In this document: positions 20,401-28,700 of the stretch, in pieces
Position numbering within the stretch: the stretch's first letter is position 1
Layout: the number at the start of each line of letters is the position of its first letter
Source of the DNA: a virus
Lineage: Duplodnaviria > Caudoviricetes
Strand: one strand, 5' to 3'
Length of the DNA stretch: 33,579 nt
Virus record (IMG/VR): IMGVR_UViG_3300037991_004283
Coordinates: 1 to 33,579 of that record
The notes under the pieces: generated by a model
Told to the model about the DNA's origin: nothing
Database searches by the model: none
The model's input: the letters and a program-made list of their open reading frames with translations, nothing else
Program-made: the position numbers and the translations under genes

Positions 20401-21610
20401 CAGATCTTAAACCAAAACTTAATGTTAAATTATGTACTTCTCCAGCACCATTTTCGTATGGAATTACTACACTTAAATTTGTAGCATCATCTGGCTGTAT
20501 TGTATATGTTTCTGCATCACTTTGTCTGTACCATATTCTAAAAATACCATTAGGTATATTACCAAAGTTACCATCTGGGAATCTAATTCTTATACCATCG
20601 TTATTAAGATTTTCACATGAGTACATGTTTCTTGAACCTAACTGTAAATTATTGTAATTTAATGTTTGGCCTACTGTATTGGGAATTTTAGTCCATTGGT
20701 TTAATACTGTTCCGCCTGTTGTTATTTCCTGTACAAAAACATCTGTTTCATTTATGTTTTGCACATTTATATCTTGTACCCTGCTTACAACTGAAGTTGT
20801 AAAATCAAAGTCTTGGAACTGTAATGTGCCTTGTTTAAATAAAAGGAAAAATCCAGTGTTATTACTTGCAATACCCTGTCCATCGTTTCTGTAAAATAAA
20901 CCAAATTCATTTACTGGATCAGGAGTCGATTCAAAGAAGAATTTACCATCCTCAAAATCTCCATTTACAATTTCACATTGTCTGTTTATACCATTAGCAT
21001 TAATATTAAATGAGTGTGCAATAGGATTTCCTATTACACTATTAATTAAATATTTTTCTGTATTAATATTAGCAATTTTACCTGTTTTAACAGGAGCAGT
21101 AAATCTATTTGTACTGCTCATTGCAGAATTTAGTATAGTAATAAATTGTTCGTAACTGTCAGGATTGTTAGCATCGTCCCAAAATACTTTCTGATTTGCT
21201 AACTGATTTCCTTGGCTGTCTACTAAAGCCTCTGTTGTAGTTACTGCAGACAGTTTCATTAATCCACTTGCAGGAATATTTCTTTTAGGATTGTATCCTA
21301 ACATTCTGGCAAGTTTAAATACTGAGTCTCTTCGCTCTGCTGTTTCCAGGAAATTTTCTCTTGTATTAACATCCATTCTAAATGCAATACTTGTACTTAA
21401 AAATGCAAGTAATTCTAATATTGCAATAAATTCTGAACTTTCTGTGTAGTCATTAAAATTTTCAGGGAAATTTGTTCTTATATAATCAACTAGTGCTGTT
21501 CGTATTGAATCGAAATCGTATGCCTGGAAATCAACCTGACTAAAAATTTTATATGCTATTTTCCAGTCTTCCGCCGCAAATAAATTATTTTGTCTATTAC
21601 TAACTGCCAT
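17426..21610 (-). CDS. gp6: Baseplate wedge protein, T4 gp6-like (1394 aa, enlarged)
   Basis: The N-terminal DFDSIRTALVDYIR...FNDY.ESS...ENFLETAERRDSVFKLARMLGYNPKR, the internal RIRFPDGNFGNIP and TQNRMVSAQDY are gp6/baseplate-J motifs. The start overlaps the stop of the gp25-like gene (TAATG). Confidence 0.88.
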   Translation of the reverse strand: MAVSNRQNNLFAAEDWKIAYKIFSQVDFQAYDFDSIRTALVDYIRTNFPENFNDYTESSEFIAILELLAFLSTSIAFRMDVNTRENFLETAERRDSVFKLARMLGYNPKRNIPASGLMKLSAVTTTEALVDSQGNQLANQKVFWDDANNPDSYEQFITILNSAMSSTNRFTAPVKTGKIANINTEKYLINSVIGNPIAHSFNINANGINRQCEIVNGDFEDGKFFFESTPDPVNEFGLFYRNDGQGIASNNTGFFLLFKQGTLQFQDFDFTTSVVSRVQDINVQNINETDVFVQEITTGGTVLNQWTKIPNTVGQTLNYNNLQLGSRNMYSCENLNNDGIRIRFPDGNFGNIPNGIFRIWYRQSDAETYTIQPDDATNLSVVIPYENGAGEVHNLTLSFGLRSAVNNSLPAESLVNVKASAPQTFYTQNRMVSAQDYQVFPSSQSTNINKLKATNRTHAGHSRYIDITDPTGTFQSIESYAEDGVIYADISNSSEKFTINENNTATEVVNSVLPLYLKKQNLNNFIYNTFRKSVIATTPATFDTSGRTINWATLPVKTTNTTGYLTETSLISGVTTTSVLINNTADTSMFKENNFVKFVDPNNISDYKWVRLTKIDNNGQLSSGLSTSTGPLTISSTITNGWKANEIIATLRKTFTATEQDAIINEINNKRNFGIGYDPSLDSYYIVQNQDLALPTNGVLPDFSYANAKDTSNTNQDASYLIHFQFNAITTSSYSYNVSVRGLDYVIQSKENLKFYNVKSVKITDNTTKAVRDSITLNTLNTKPGVTEVFKWYDNDNDNLGEAWESQETGQRYTPLSTLPNIPLRSRNYYWYDIDAEWQSNFGLLRGGDSYANVLSSNRFVDEATVNLNTFFEDNTVFAERTNVTIANISGRVEHFPANIVINFDNTTFGYNLFDSTGNVIYRGENLGTGVNEIYKAFANGVSHSFGVNGASANVSAAGKLVLSNANTVAQTGTLTYTNLQTASGFLHASDSSTNFSVDKLRVIYLNDKEKLDKDIVWTISDTFKEADGYCDPRKVKVAPIDSNEDLVPDDPLQYDDFVSPQSLVFFEYYTDFDGYTYDRPVSGVFLDYRGETSIDLSDTDFLSPSSYLNQTSWNTVDYLIVDTLAIAQSLNNTETRYNGLVIYVTENKKVYQMQASSTAPATITLNESSDYIVREGRASTQNTAIQDPQNVILKWNHTAPNDVRIDPSISNIVEMTVLTETYYQEILKYINVPGTAYPVSPTSEELSNEFEKLNEFKSASDTIVYRSAKFKLLFGSDADSAFQAKFKIVKIPGSNFSDNELKSSVINLFNNYFDANNWQFGETFYFTELSSFIHRNLGNAIGSIVILPKNTAGNFGDLFQVKAEPNELFISTATVNDIEIVEKITSQTLRTDR

Positions 21611-21984
21611 TATGTACCATCCGTATTACTTGTGACATATTCTAAAAACAATGTGTCTTCACTTCCAAGCAGTTTATATTTAATTTTTACTTCTACTTGT
21701 ATTGTGTGGTCTAACACCAATAAATTTGTTTCCTGGAACTCTACTCTTGGGTCACTATCTACAATTCTTTTTACATCTTCTTCTATAATGTTTTGTGTAT
21801 CAGGATCTTGTGGTTCCATTAGGTAATCCCATATTACACTTCCAAATGTGGGTCTCATTACTCTTTCACCAATTCTGGTGTAAAAATGATTAAGTAAATC
21901 TCTTTTTACAAGATCTGCATCTGTCAGAGTATAAGGTGCTCTAACTTTATCAACTGTACTAAATCCTTTAAATAATGTTGCCAT
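21610..21984 (-). CDS. gp25: Baseplate wedge protein, gp25/gpW-like (124 aa from the likely start MATLFKGFST)
   Basis: DLVKRDLLNHFYTRIGERVMRPTFGSVIWDYLMEP...IVDSDPRV is the gp25 signature. The start was moved from 22005 to the ATG at 21984 because the upstream extension would run through the late-promoter motif. Confidence 0.9.
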   Translation of the reverse strand: MATLFKGFSTVDKVRAPYTLTDADLVKRDLLNHFYTRIGERVMRPTFGSVIWDYLMEPQDPDTQNIIEEDVKRIVDSDPRVEFQETNLLVLDHTIQVEVKIKYKLLGSEDTLFLEYVTSNTDGT

Positions 21985-21989
21985 GCAAG

Positions 21990-21998
21990 TATTTATCA
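21990..21998 (-). promoter_or_regulatory. Putative late promoter TGATAAATA upstream of gp25-gp6-giant gene
   Basis: The minus strand reads TGATAAATA-CTTGC-ATG. The same 9-mer occurs in two other intergenic regions. Confidence 0.7.
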
Positions 21999-22027
21999 TA
22001 TTCATTATAACAAGTTTTAATTAATAG

Positions 22028-22055
22028 TTGACAAATTGAAAATATAGTGTATTAT
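22028..22055 (+). promoter_or_regulatory. Sigma70-type promoter TTGACA-N16-TATTAT for the hydrolase cassette
   Basis: TTGACA at 22028-22033 and TATTAT at 22050-22055, with an AT-rich upstream tract. Confidence 0.7.
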
Positions 22056-22061
22056 GTGTAT

Positions 22062-22679
22062 ATGAATAAAGTGATCTATTTACATGGTGCTAATGCAAGT
22101 CCAGAAAACTTTAATTATTACACTTTGAAGTTGCCTGAACACCAGTTTTTCTCTCCAAATTACGATATGGAAGATGATCCTTTTGATATTGTAGAGATTT
22201 TACGCATCAGAAAAGAAAGGGAGTTTGGTAAAGAGCCTGTAGTACTTGTAGGACACAGTTTTGGTGGATTAATAGCAAGTTGGTATGCTAGTGTATATCC
22301 CAGAAGAGTAAAACACTTAGTAACAATAGCATCACCATGGGAAGGAACACCTGTAGCCAGAATATTTGGTATGCTTTGGAAGGACAAAGTATTTCAAAAC
22401 ACAAAGCCAGGTGCAGAAGTGCTGTCTTTATTGCAGGAAAAAAACTTTAATGGTAAACATACAAATATTATTTGTACCAGAGGGTCTAATCCTGTAGCAG
22501 GACTAGGCGGAAAAGCAAATGACGGAATGATATCTTGCGATAGTCAGGGTGCAACTCCTCCTGGATTTAAAAACACACAAAATGTTTATATAGAAGCAGG
22601 ACACAGCGAAATTTTGTTAAATAATGATGTAACAGACATGTTACAAGAAATAATTTTTGAGGAGCAAAAAAATGGCTGA
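22062..22679 (+). CDS. Alpha/beta-fold serine hydrolase (lipase/esterase-like, about 205 aa)
   Basis: It has the oxyanion motif YLHG, the nucleophile elbow GHSFGG, the segment TIASPWEGT, an Asp in NDGMI and a His in AGHSEIL. The ATG at 22062 is preferred over the GTG at 22047, which lies inside the promoter. Confidence 0.88.
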   Translation: MNKVIYLHGANASPENFNYYTLKLPEHQFFSPNYDMEDDPFDIVEILRIRKEREFGKEPVVLVGHSFGGLIASWYASVYPRRVKHLVTIASPWEGTPVARIFGMLWKDKVFQNTKPGAEVLSLLQEKNFNGKHTNIICTRGSNPVAGLGGKANDGMISCDSQGATPPGFKNTQNVYIEAGHSEILLNNDVTDMLQEIIFEEQKNG

Positions 22680-22872
22680 CGTATCTACATTGAATAACAC
22701 TCTTGAAGAAGAATTAAGAGTTATGTTGGTAGAAAAAAATAATGAAAACCAAAGTTTAAAAAATCATATTGAACTTTTGGAAAAAGCAGTAGCAGAAGAA
22801 CAAGAGCAAAAATATAGATTACTTGTTGAAAATGCAGACCTTAAAAAGGAAATTAGACTTTTAGGTTCTTAA
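22672..22872 (+). CDS. Small acidic coiled-coil protein (66 aa), function unknown
   Basis: A GAGGAG RBS at 22659-22664 precedes the ATG at 22672. The gene overlaps the end of the hydrolase gene and shows a heptad pattern of L/E/K residues. Confidence 0.75.
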   Translation: MADVSTLNNTLEEELRVMLVEKNNENQSLKNHIELLEKAVAEEQEQKYRLLVENADLKKEIRLLGS

Positions 22873-25721
22873 AAATTTGTATTTGTATCAGGCATAGGTA
22901 CAAACTTATGACCAGATAACCCGTCTCCACCTCTTACTGGAGGTTGTACTTTATATCCTAATTCTATATATTTCTTTTCTTTAGCAGACCTCAATAATGC
23001 TCTTAATTGCCTAAAGGATAAATTACCTGCCTGATTTACACCCATTTCCATAGGAGTTAATCCAAGCCAATCTGGAGTTGTAAATATTTCTATCTCATAT
23101 TCTCTTCGCTGTATGTAATCTTGTCTTACCTGTGTAACACTATCAGCACCTACTTTACCAGTTCTCCATCTCCTCATATATTTGGGAACATCTGCATAGT
23201 TGCCTTTGTTTAATTCTATTAGCAGTTCACTACCTGCAAAATTATTAATTCCAATATGGTTAGCAAAACTTGTTAGACCTATTAATTGATTATCACTTAA
23301 ATCCACAGTTACAATTTCTGATATATCTCTGTGAGTTTTCTTTAAATCACTTCTAAGTGCCATTTGTGTTCCAATTGGGCCAATGCCATTAGAAATATCT
23401 ACAATTTTATGACCTGTTTTTCTATCAGTAAAAATTAAACTAGGCCCATCAACAGCAAGATCTATTCCTTGTTTACTGAGCTCTTGTTTTACTTCTGCAT
23501 AATTGTTTGAGTTGATACCCATCGAACCCATAGCCTGGCCTGTTTGCTCATCAAACATTGTAAAACCATCTTTAAGTTTATCTGCTTTTGTTTTTAAATC
23601 TCCATATTGATCATATAATCCACTAGCCTTGTTTTTTAAATCTGTAACAGTATTGACTGCATCTGTAATTTTACCTTTTAATTCTCCTATATCAAAACCA
23701 TCTAAATCTATAGGCAAGTCTAATCCATCTAAACTGAATTGACCTAATTGTGCTTCTAATTCTCTTAATTCTTTAGCATACCCAATTATTTTGTCTCCAA
23801 GAGCATTACCTGTAGGAAATCTAAATGCAGGAATGGCTATGCCTAATGCCGCAATAACACCTTCCATGCTGTTTAAACTCATTAAATCTTTCATACTGCC
23901 TGGTAGGAAATTATTTAAACCAGGTATGCCTTCAAAATTAGGCATCATGTCTGTTAATTTTCCTAATGCTCCATCTACTGCATCACCGGCCGCATCTAAG
24001 GCACCACCTACAGCACCTTTTATTTCAGATGCTTTGCCCAAAGCACCTGAAGCCGCATCTTTAAATCCATTACCTAATTCAGTACCACCTTCTGGTGTAT
24101 TTTTATCTGCAGGATCTTCATCGCCTGGACTAGTTTGTCCTGGTAGCACTTCTGCATCTGCACTTGCATCTTCTTCCATAGACTCTTTATCTTCTGATGT
24201 AGGATCAAATTGAGCATGTCCATCGTATGGCTCTGCTGTTATTAATGTGCCTACAATAGTAGAAATTTTATCTCTGCCTCCAGGTCTAATACCACCACTT
24301 GTAAGAGCAACATCTCCTTCTTTATCATATTCTGGTGGATCACTAGGTTGATCTTCTTGCTCTACACCATCTAATGGCGGAGCAGAAACTTTTAAAACAT
24401 CTAAACCTGGTAATACTACACCAGGGCCAGTGTTTAATCTAATCATAGCACCTGCTATACCTACATCTGCTCCTGCATTTAGTCCTATGGCGGCTGGAGT
24501 ATTAACTGCAACAATACCTGCTTTAGCACTTATATCTATACCCATTGTAGTTGCTGATATAGATGTTGCTGTACCACTTTGTGTTTTTAACATGTTACCA
24601 CTGTTGATATCTATATCTCCGCCTATTGCAGAAAGTTGAGCATTTCTGGTTGCTAACATTCCCATATCTCCGGCCGCATGGAAGTTAATATTACCTCCTG
24701 TACCTAGTGGTGGTAATCCTAGTTTACCTAATTTGCTACCTAAATAATCACCAGCAACATTATCTCCTGCGGCTTTCATTCTAATATTATGTCCTGCTTC
24801 AATATTGATGCTGTAATCTGCTCTTAAATTAAAGTTTTTCTTTGCCCTTAAATTTATGTCTCCTTCACCAAACACATTTATATTGCCGTTAAAGTCCATT
24901 TCAATCCAGCCTTTACCGTCTTTGTTTATAGCATATATTGTTCCTGTGGCATCGTCTAATAATATTTGTTGTCCTTTACCACTTCTAATTCTTATTGCGG
25001 CTGACTTAGGCTCATCGTCCATTATAAACTGATGTCCTGCTTGTACTGGTGTTATACCATCTTTACCTCTGGCACCTTTGGTAAGAATACCTGTAACCAT
25101 ACTAGGAGTTTCTCTTCTAGCACCAGCATCACCAATACCTCTGATTGTGTCATTTATTAACCCTTGCTTTACAATAGGTTCTGCTAAGTGATGATGAATA
25201 GGCCTTAATATGTTTACGTGGCCGTCTTGTTCAGAGTACTTGTTTTTTTCTGCTACTGGTGTTAAAAAATTTCCTCCCTGGAAACTTTTACCGTGAGGTA
25301 TGCCAGGTAGCATGTGGTTAAATTGTGGTGGTAGAACATGACTAATGACGTATCCGTGTTTTCTGTTACCGTCTGCAAATGCAACCAATACCATACTGCC
25401 TATGTCGGGTGGATTAAACCACATACCATAACTTTGTTGTGTATTTTCAAATTTTTCAGTATCGTCTGGTTTTATATTTTTTATATTTGATATACCACCA
25501 AATGGTGTAGCAAATCTAACTTTTTTAATACTTTTAACTTTTTTACCCGTTGTTCTGTGTAGGGCAGGAATTTCTACATCTATAGAGCCATCAAAAAATT
25601 CATCTTTATTATTAATTACTTTAGCCAGATAGATACCATTATCCACAAATGCTTCTTTAGTAGGATCAGGGTCGTGATAAGACGCCCCCATATTTCTTCT
25701 TGTGTGATCTCCTTTAGCCAT
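22869..25721 (-). CDS. gp5: Baseplate central spike, gp5/VgrG-like (OB-fold plus beta-helix), with a C-terminal extension ending in a GH24 lysozyme-like lobe
   Basis: OB-fold motifs YLAKVINNKD...GMWFNPPDIGSMVLVAFADG are followed by GHQFIMDD and beta-helix repeats ending in IRLN. The C-terminus reads DLSDNQLIGLTSFANHIG...SELLIELNKGNY...RRW...RREYEIEIF. An AAGGTG RBS lies upstream. Confidence 0.85.
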   Translation of the reverse strand: MAKGDHTRRNMGASYHDPDPTKEAFVDNGIYLAKVINNKDEFFDGSIDVEIPALHRTTGKKVKSIKKVRFATPFGGISNIKNIKPDDTEKFENTQQSYGMWFNPPDIGSMVLVAFADGNRKHGYVISHVLPPQFNHMLPGIPHGKSFQGGNFLTPVAEKNKYSEQDGHVNILRPIHHHLAEPIVKQGLINDTIRGIGDAGARRETPSMVTGILTKGARGKDGITPVQAGHQFIMDDEPKSAAIRIRSGKGQQILLDDATGTIYAINKDGKGWIEMDFNGNINVFGEGDINLRAKKNFNLRADYSINIEAGHNIRMKAAGDNVAGDYLGSKLGKLGLPPLGTGGNINFHAAGDMGMLATRNAQLSAIGGDIDINSGNMLKTQSGTATSISATTMGIDISAKAGIVAVNTPAAIGLNAGADVGIAGAMIRLNTGPGVVLPGLDVLKVSAPPLDGVEQEDQPSDPPEYDKEGDVALTSGGIRPGGRDKISTIVGTLITAEPYDGHAQFDPTSEDKESMEEDASADAEVLPGQTSPGDEDPADKNTPEGGTELGNGFKDAASGALGKASEIKGAVGGALDAAGDAVDGALGKLTDMMPNFEGIPGLNNFLPGSMKDLMSLNSMEGVIAALGIAIPAFRFPTGNALGDKIIGYAKELRELEAQLGQFSLDGLDLPIDLDGFDIGELKGKITDAVNTVTDLKNKASGLYDQYGDLKTKADKLKDGFTMFDEQTGQAMGSMGINSNNYAEVKQELSKQGIDLAVDGPSLIFTDRKTGHKIVDISNGIGPIGTQMALRSDLKKTHRDISEIVTVDLSDNQLIGLTSFANHIGINNFAGSELLIELNKGNYADVPKYMRRWRTGKVGADSVTQVRQDYIQRREYEIEIFTTPDWLGLTPMEMGVNQAGNLSFRQLRALLRSAKEKKYIELGYKVQPPVRGGDGLSGHKFVPMPDTNTNF

Positions 25722-25748
25722 AATTTTATTTAAATGTCACCTTTATTA

Positions 25749-28700
25749 TTACGCACCCGGATCATTCCTTGGATAGTATGTAGGTGTGTATCCTGGTGGA
25801 TTTCTCCTTTCTTGTTCTTTCTTTTTCTCTTTTTCGTTCCAGTCTACCCAGGAATCATATTGTTCTTTAGTAATATCACCTGCTTCAAGTAATTCTTCTG
25901 CAGTTTTTTCACTTGAATCCATTTGTCCTTGTACGTTTGCATAATGTGGTTTTTCGTATGCACCTTTATTTCCTTCTCTATCACCATCAGTAACAACACC
26001 GTCTTGTTTTTTCGCTGTGAATCCTTTTCTTTCCTCATCAACGTAACTAAATTGTGATAACTGTCTTTCCATATTGTTTAAACTGATAGCAGTTTCTTTA
26101 ACACCCATAATGTCCATTGTGTACAAACCACCATTAAACTTATGATTCACAGTTCTCACCTGATATATGCCTGATATAAAGTATGATGTACCGTCACCTT
26201 CTTTAATCCATAATCCTGTGTTATTGTCTTCGTTCTCTACATCCATGTCAAACAGTCTGGGAGAATTTAAACTAAACAGGAAGAAATTATCTTTTGTTGT
26301 TGTCAAGTAGTTATTTCCGTCCTCATCTGTTTCTTCTATTTTCTGAGCACTACTTCCAGGTGGTGTAGGTACCTCTCCTGCCTTGTGTACAGGCTTGCCT
26401 AACCACCAGGGATCTCCCCTTAGTTCCATTTCAAGTCTCATTAAGAAATCCACAGCCTGATGTTGATCATACAAATATGTAAACAGATTATTTTTTATTC
26501 CTTTCGTAGCACCAACATTTGCAAATCCTGAAAGGTATTCTGATTTAGTTCTTTGTGCTATACCATTGTTTATTGATTCTTCTTCTTTTTCTTCTGCTGA
26601 TGTTCTTTCTTCTTTAAATTTTTTACCTTTGTCTGCAAGTTGCTCTGCATACTTGGTATTACCAATTAGATCTCCGCCATAAACAAAACCAGATTCCTGT
26701 GGACTAAATTCTTCACTCTGTGTTACAACATTTGCTTGATTAGATGTCTTTCTTTTTTCTGTCAATGCATTTGCAATACCCTGTGCTGTTGATTGATCAC
26801 TTAATGCTTCTTGCAATTTTTTTGCGGCTTCACCATTTGAATTTTTAACTAAATCTTTAATTTGTGATTCAGTAAATTGTGCGGCACTCCCAAGGTCTCT
26901 TATAAATGCTTCTCCTTTTTTGATATCATTCTTTAATTTATTTAATTGGTCAAAAAAGTTTTGGCTACTGCTTTCATCTGCTGAGTCTGTTAATTTTTCT
27001 ATACCTTCATCTTCTATAGTTTCCTTTTTATCTACAGGTGTAGGGTTTAATATACTTGCGGCGTTTAAACTTATATCACCAAGAAGTCCTCTGTCTGGCG
27101 GTTGTAATAACATGTAACCTTCATTGTATGAGATATCACAATTTATAATCTGATCATTTCTGCCTGTAAAGATATACTCATAGGCTTTCCTGATTTTCAT
27201 CTGATTTACTCTTTCAGTGACTTCGCCTTTTTCTAAATTATTATTTTTATCAGTTTCCCAAGGAAATATAGCAATATCTGTTTTGGGAGATTCAAAACTT
27301 GTTGGTATCAGATACGCAGTTTTAAAATATTGTTTATCTTTTTTTAAGTACTCACCGTATTCTATACTGCCTTCAAATTTATACCATAAAACTTGCTTAG
27401 TTGCGTCAACATCTTCATTTTTAGGGTCATCTATATCAGCAGTTCTAGATGCTTTTTGCATGAATTCTTTATTCATAGATAAAAGTATTCCTAATACTTT
27501 ATCCATAGTGATACCTTCTTTTAAATCTATACTAATCTTATTTGTTTTTGCATCTTTAGAAACTGATGTGGATTTTTCTCTTGCTTCTTCAGAGGCTTCT
27601 TTTGCTTCTTTAGTATCTTCTGCATCTACAACTTCTTCTTTTATTACAGCATTTAATTGCTCTGTGTCTTCAATATCTAAACTTTGATCTTTTATGTGTT
27701 TAAGACCAGGCACATAATAATCTGCAGTTGTTTTGCCAGTTGGATCGTACTGATAATAATCGCCTGCCAACATCATCATTGATGTTTTCCTTTTACCACT
27801 TTTTTTGTATCCTACTCTTGTTAGTTCATCAACCTCACCACCATCTGTTAAACCAAAATTTATTCTCTGTGGAAGGTTTTGCTTCTGGTTATAGTCATTC
27901 GTTTGCTTTTGTAAATCTTGAAGCATTTGACCTATAGTACGGCCTGTTATAGTATAAAATTTCCTTGTTCTGTAAAATGCATCTGCAGTATATAGAGTAT
28001 CCTTTACAGCAGTTTCAAATTCGTAAGTGGAGCCACCAACATCAATGTTCATACTAAAGTTTCTTATCATTAATTGGTAAACGAAAGGTCCTGCCACATT
28101 AGACATTATTTCACCACCAGCATTATCAGTGTCCCATAAATCTGGATTTAAATCTGATTCTCTCCTGCCACGGAAACTTAATTCTAAAAACAAAGGCACA
28201 TCACCACCGTCAGGTGGAGCACCTAAATACTGTCTTGCTTTTACTATTTGATCTGGAAAATCTGCGGCATTAGGTTGCGTAATTGTAAAATTTACTGTGG
28301 TAGTTTCGCTACCACCTCCACCTGGAATTGTAGCAATTTCTAAACCGTCTATTCCTACTTCTGTAACACCTGTTTCTGCTAGTACTACTGTTTGTGTTGG
28401 ATCAGGATGAGAATCCACTCTGTTGTTTAAGTATCCTGTACCAGTTGTTCTGATACTTCCTTTTTCTCCTTGGTCTTTCCTTGCATCAGATGAACTAGAT
28501 GTTTCAGTATCTTGTGTTGGAGTATCTTCTGAACCTGCACTGGCATTTTTAGAGCCAGGTCCTATCATATAAAGTTTTAAATGATAAGTGGGTAAATCAA
28601 CGGTATCTAAAACATTACCTAAAATGTCTCCCACATATTCATTTGTAATTTTTGGTGTACTAGAACTAGCACCCTGTGTTTCATTTAGGGCCTTTTTTTC

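Noticed and set aside
785-21826. Many short plus-strand ORFs (60-160 aa) opposite the giant gene, gp6 and gp25
   Set aside because: They are antisense shadows of long coding frames. Most start with GTG/TTG, have no evident RBS or motif, and show the I/L/V/S/P bias expected from reverse-complement codons.
21985-22061. ORF-track starts at 22005 (gp25) and 22047 (hydrolase)
   Set aside because: The extensions run through the promoter motifs and add non-homologous-looking residues, so the downstream ATGs were preferred.
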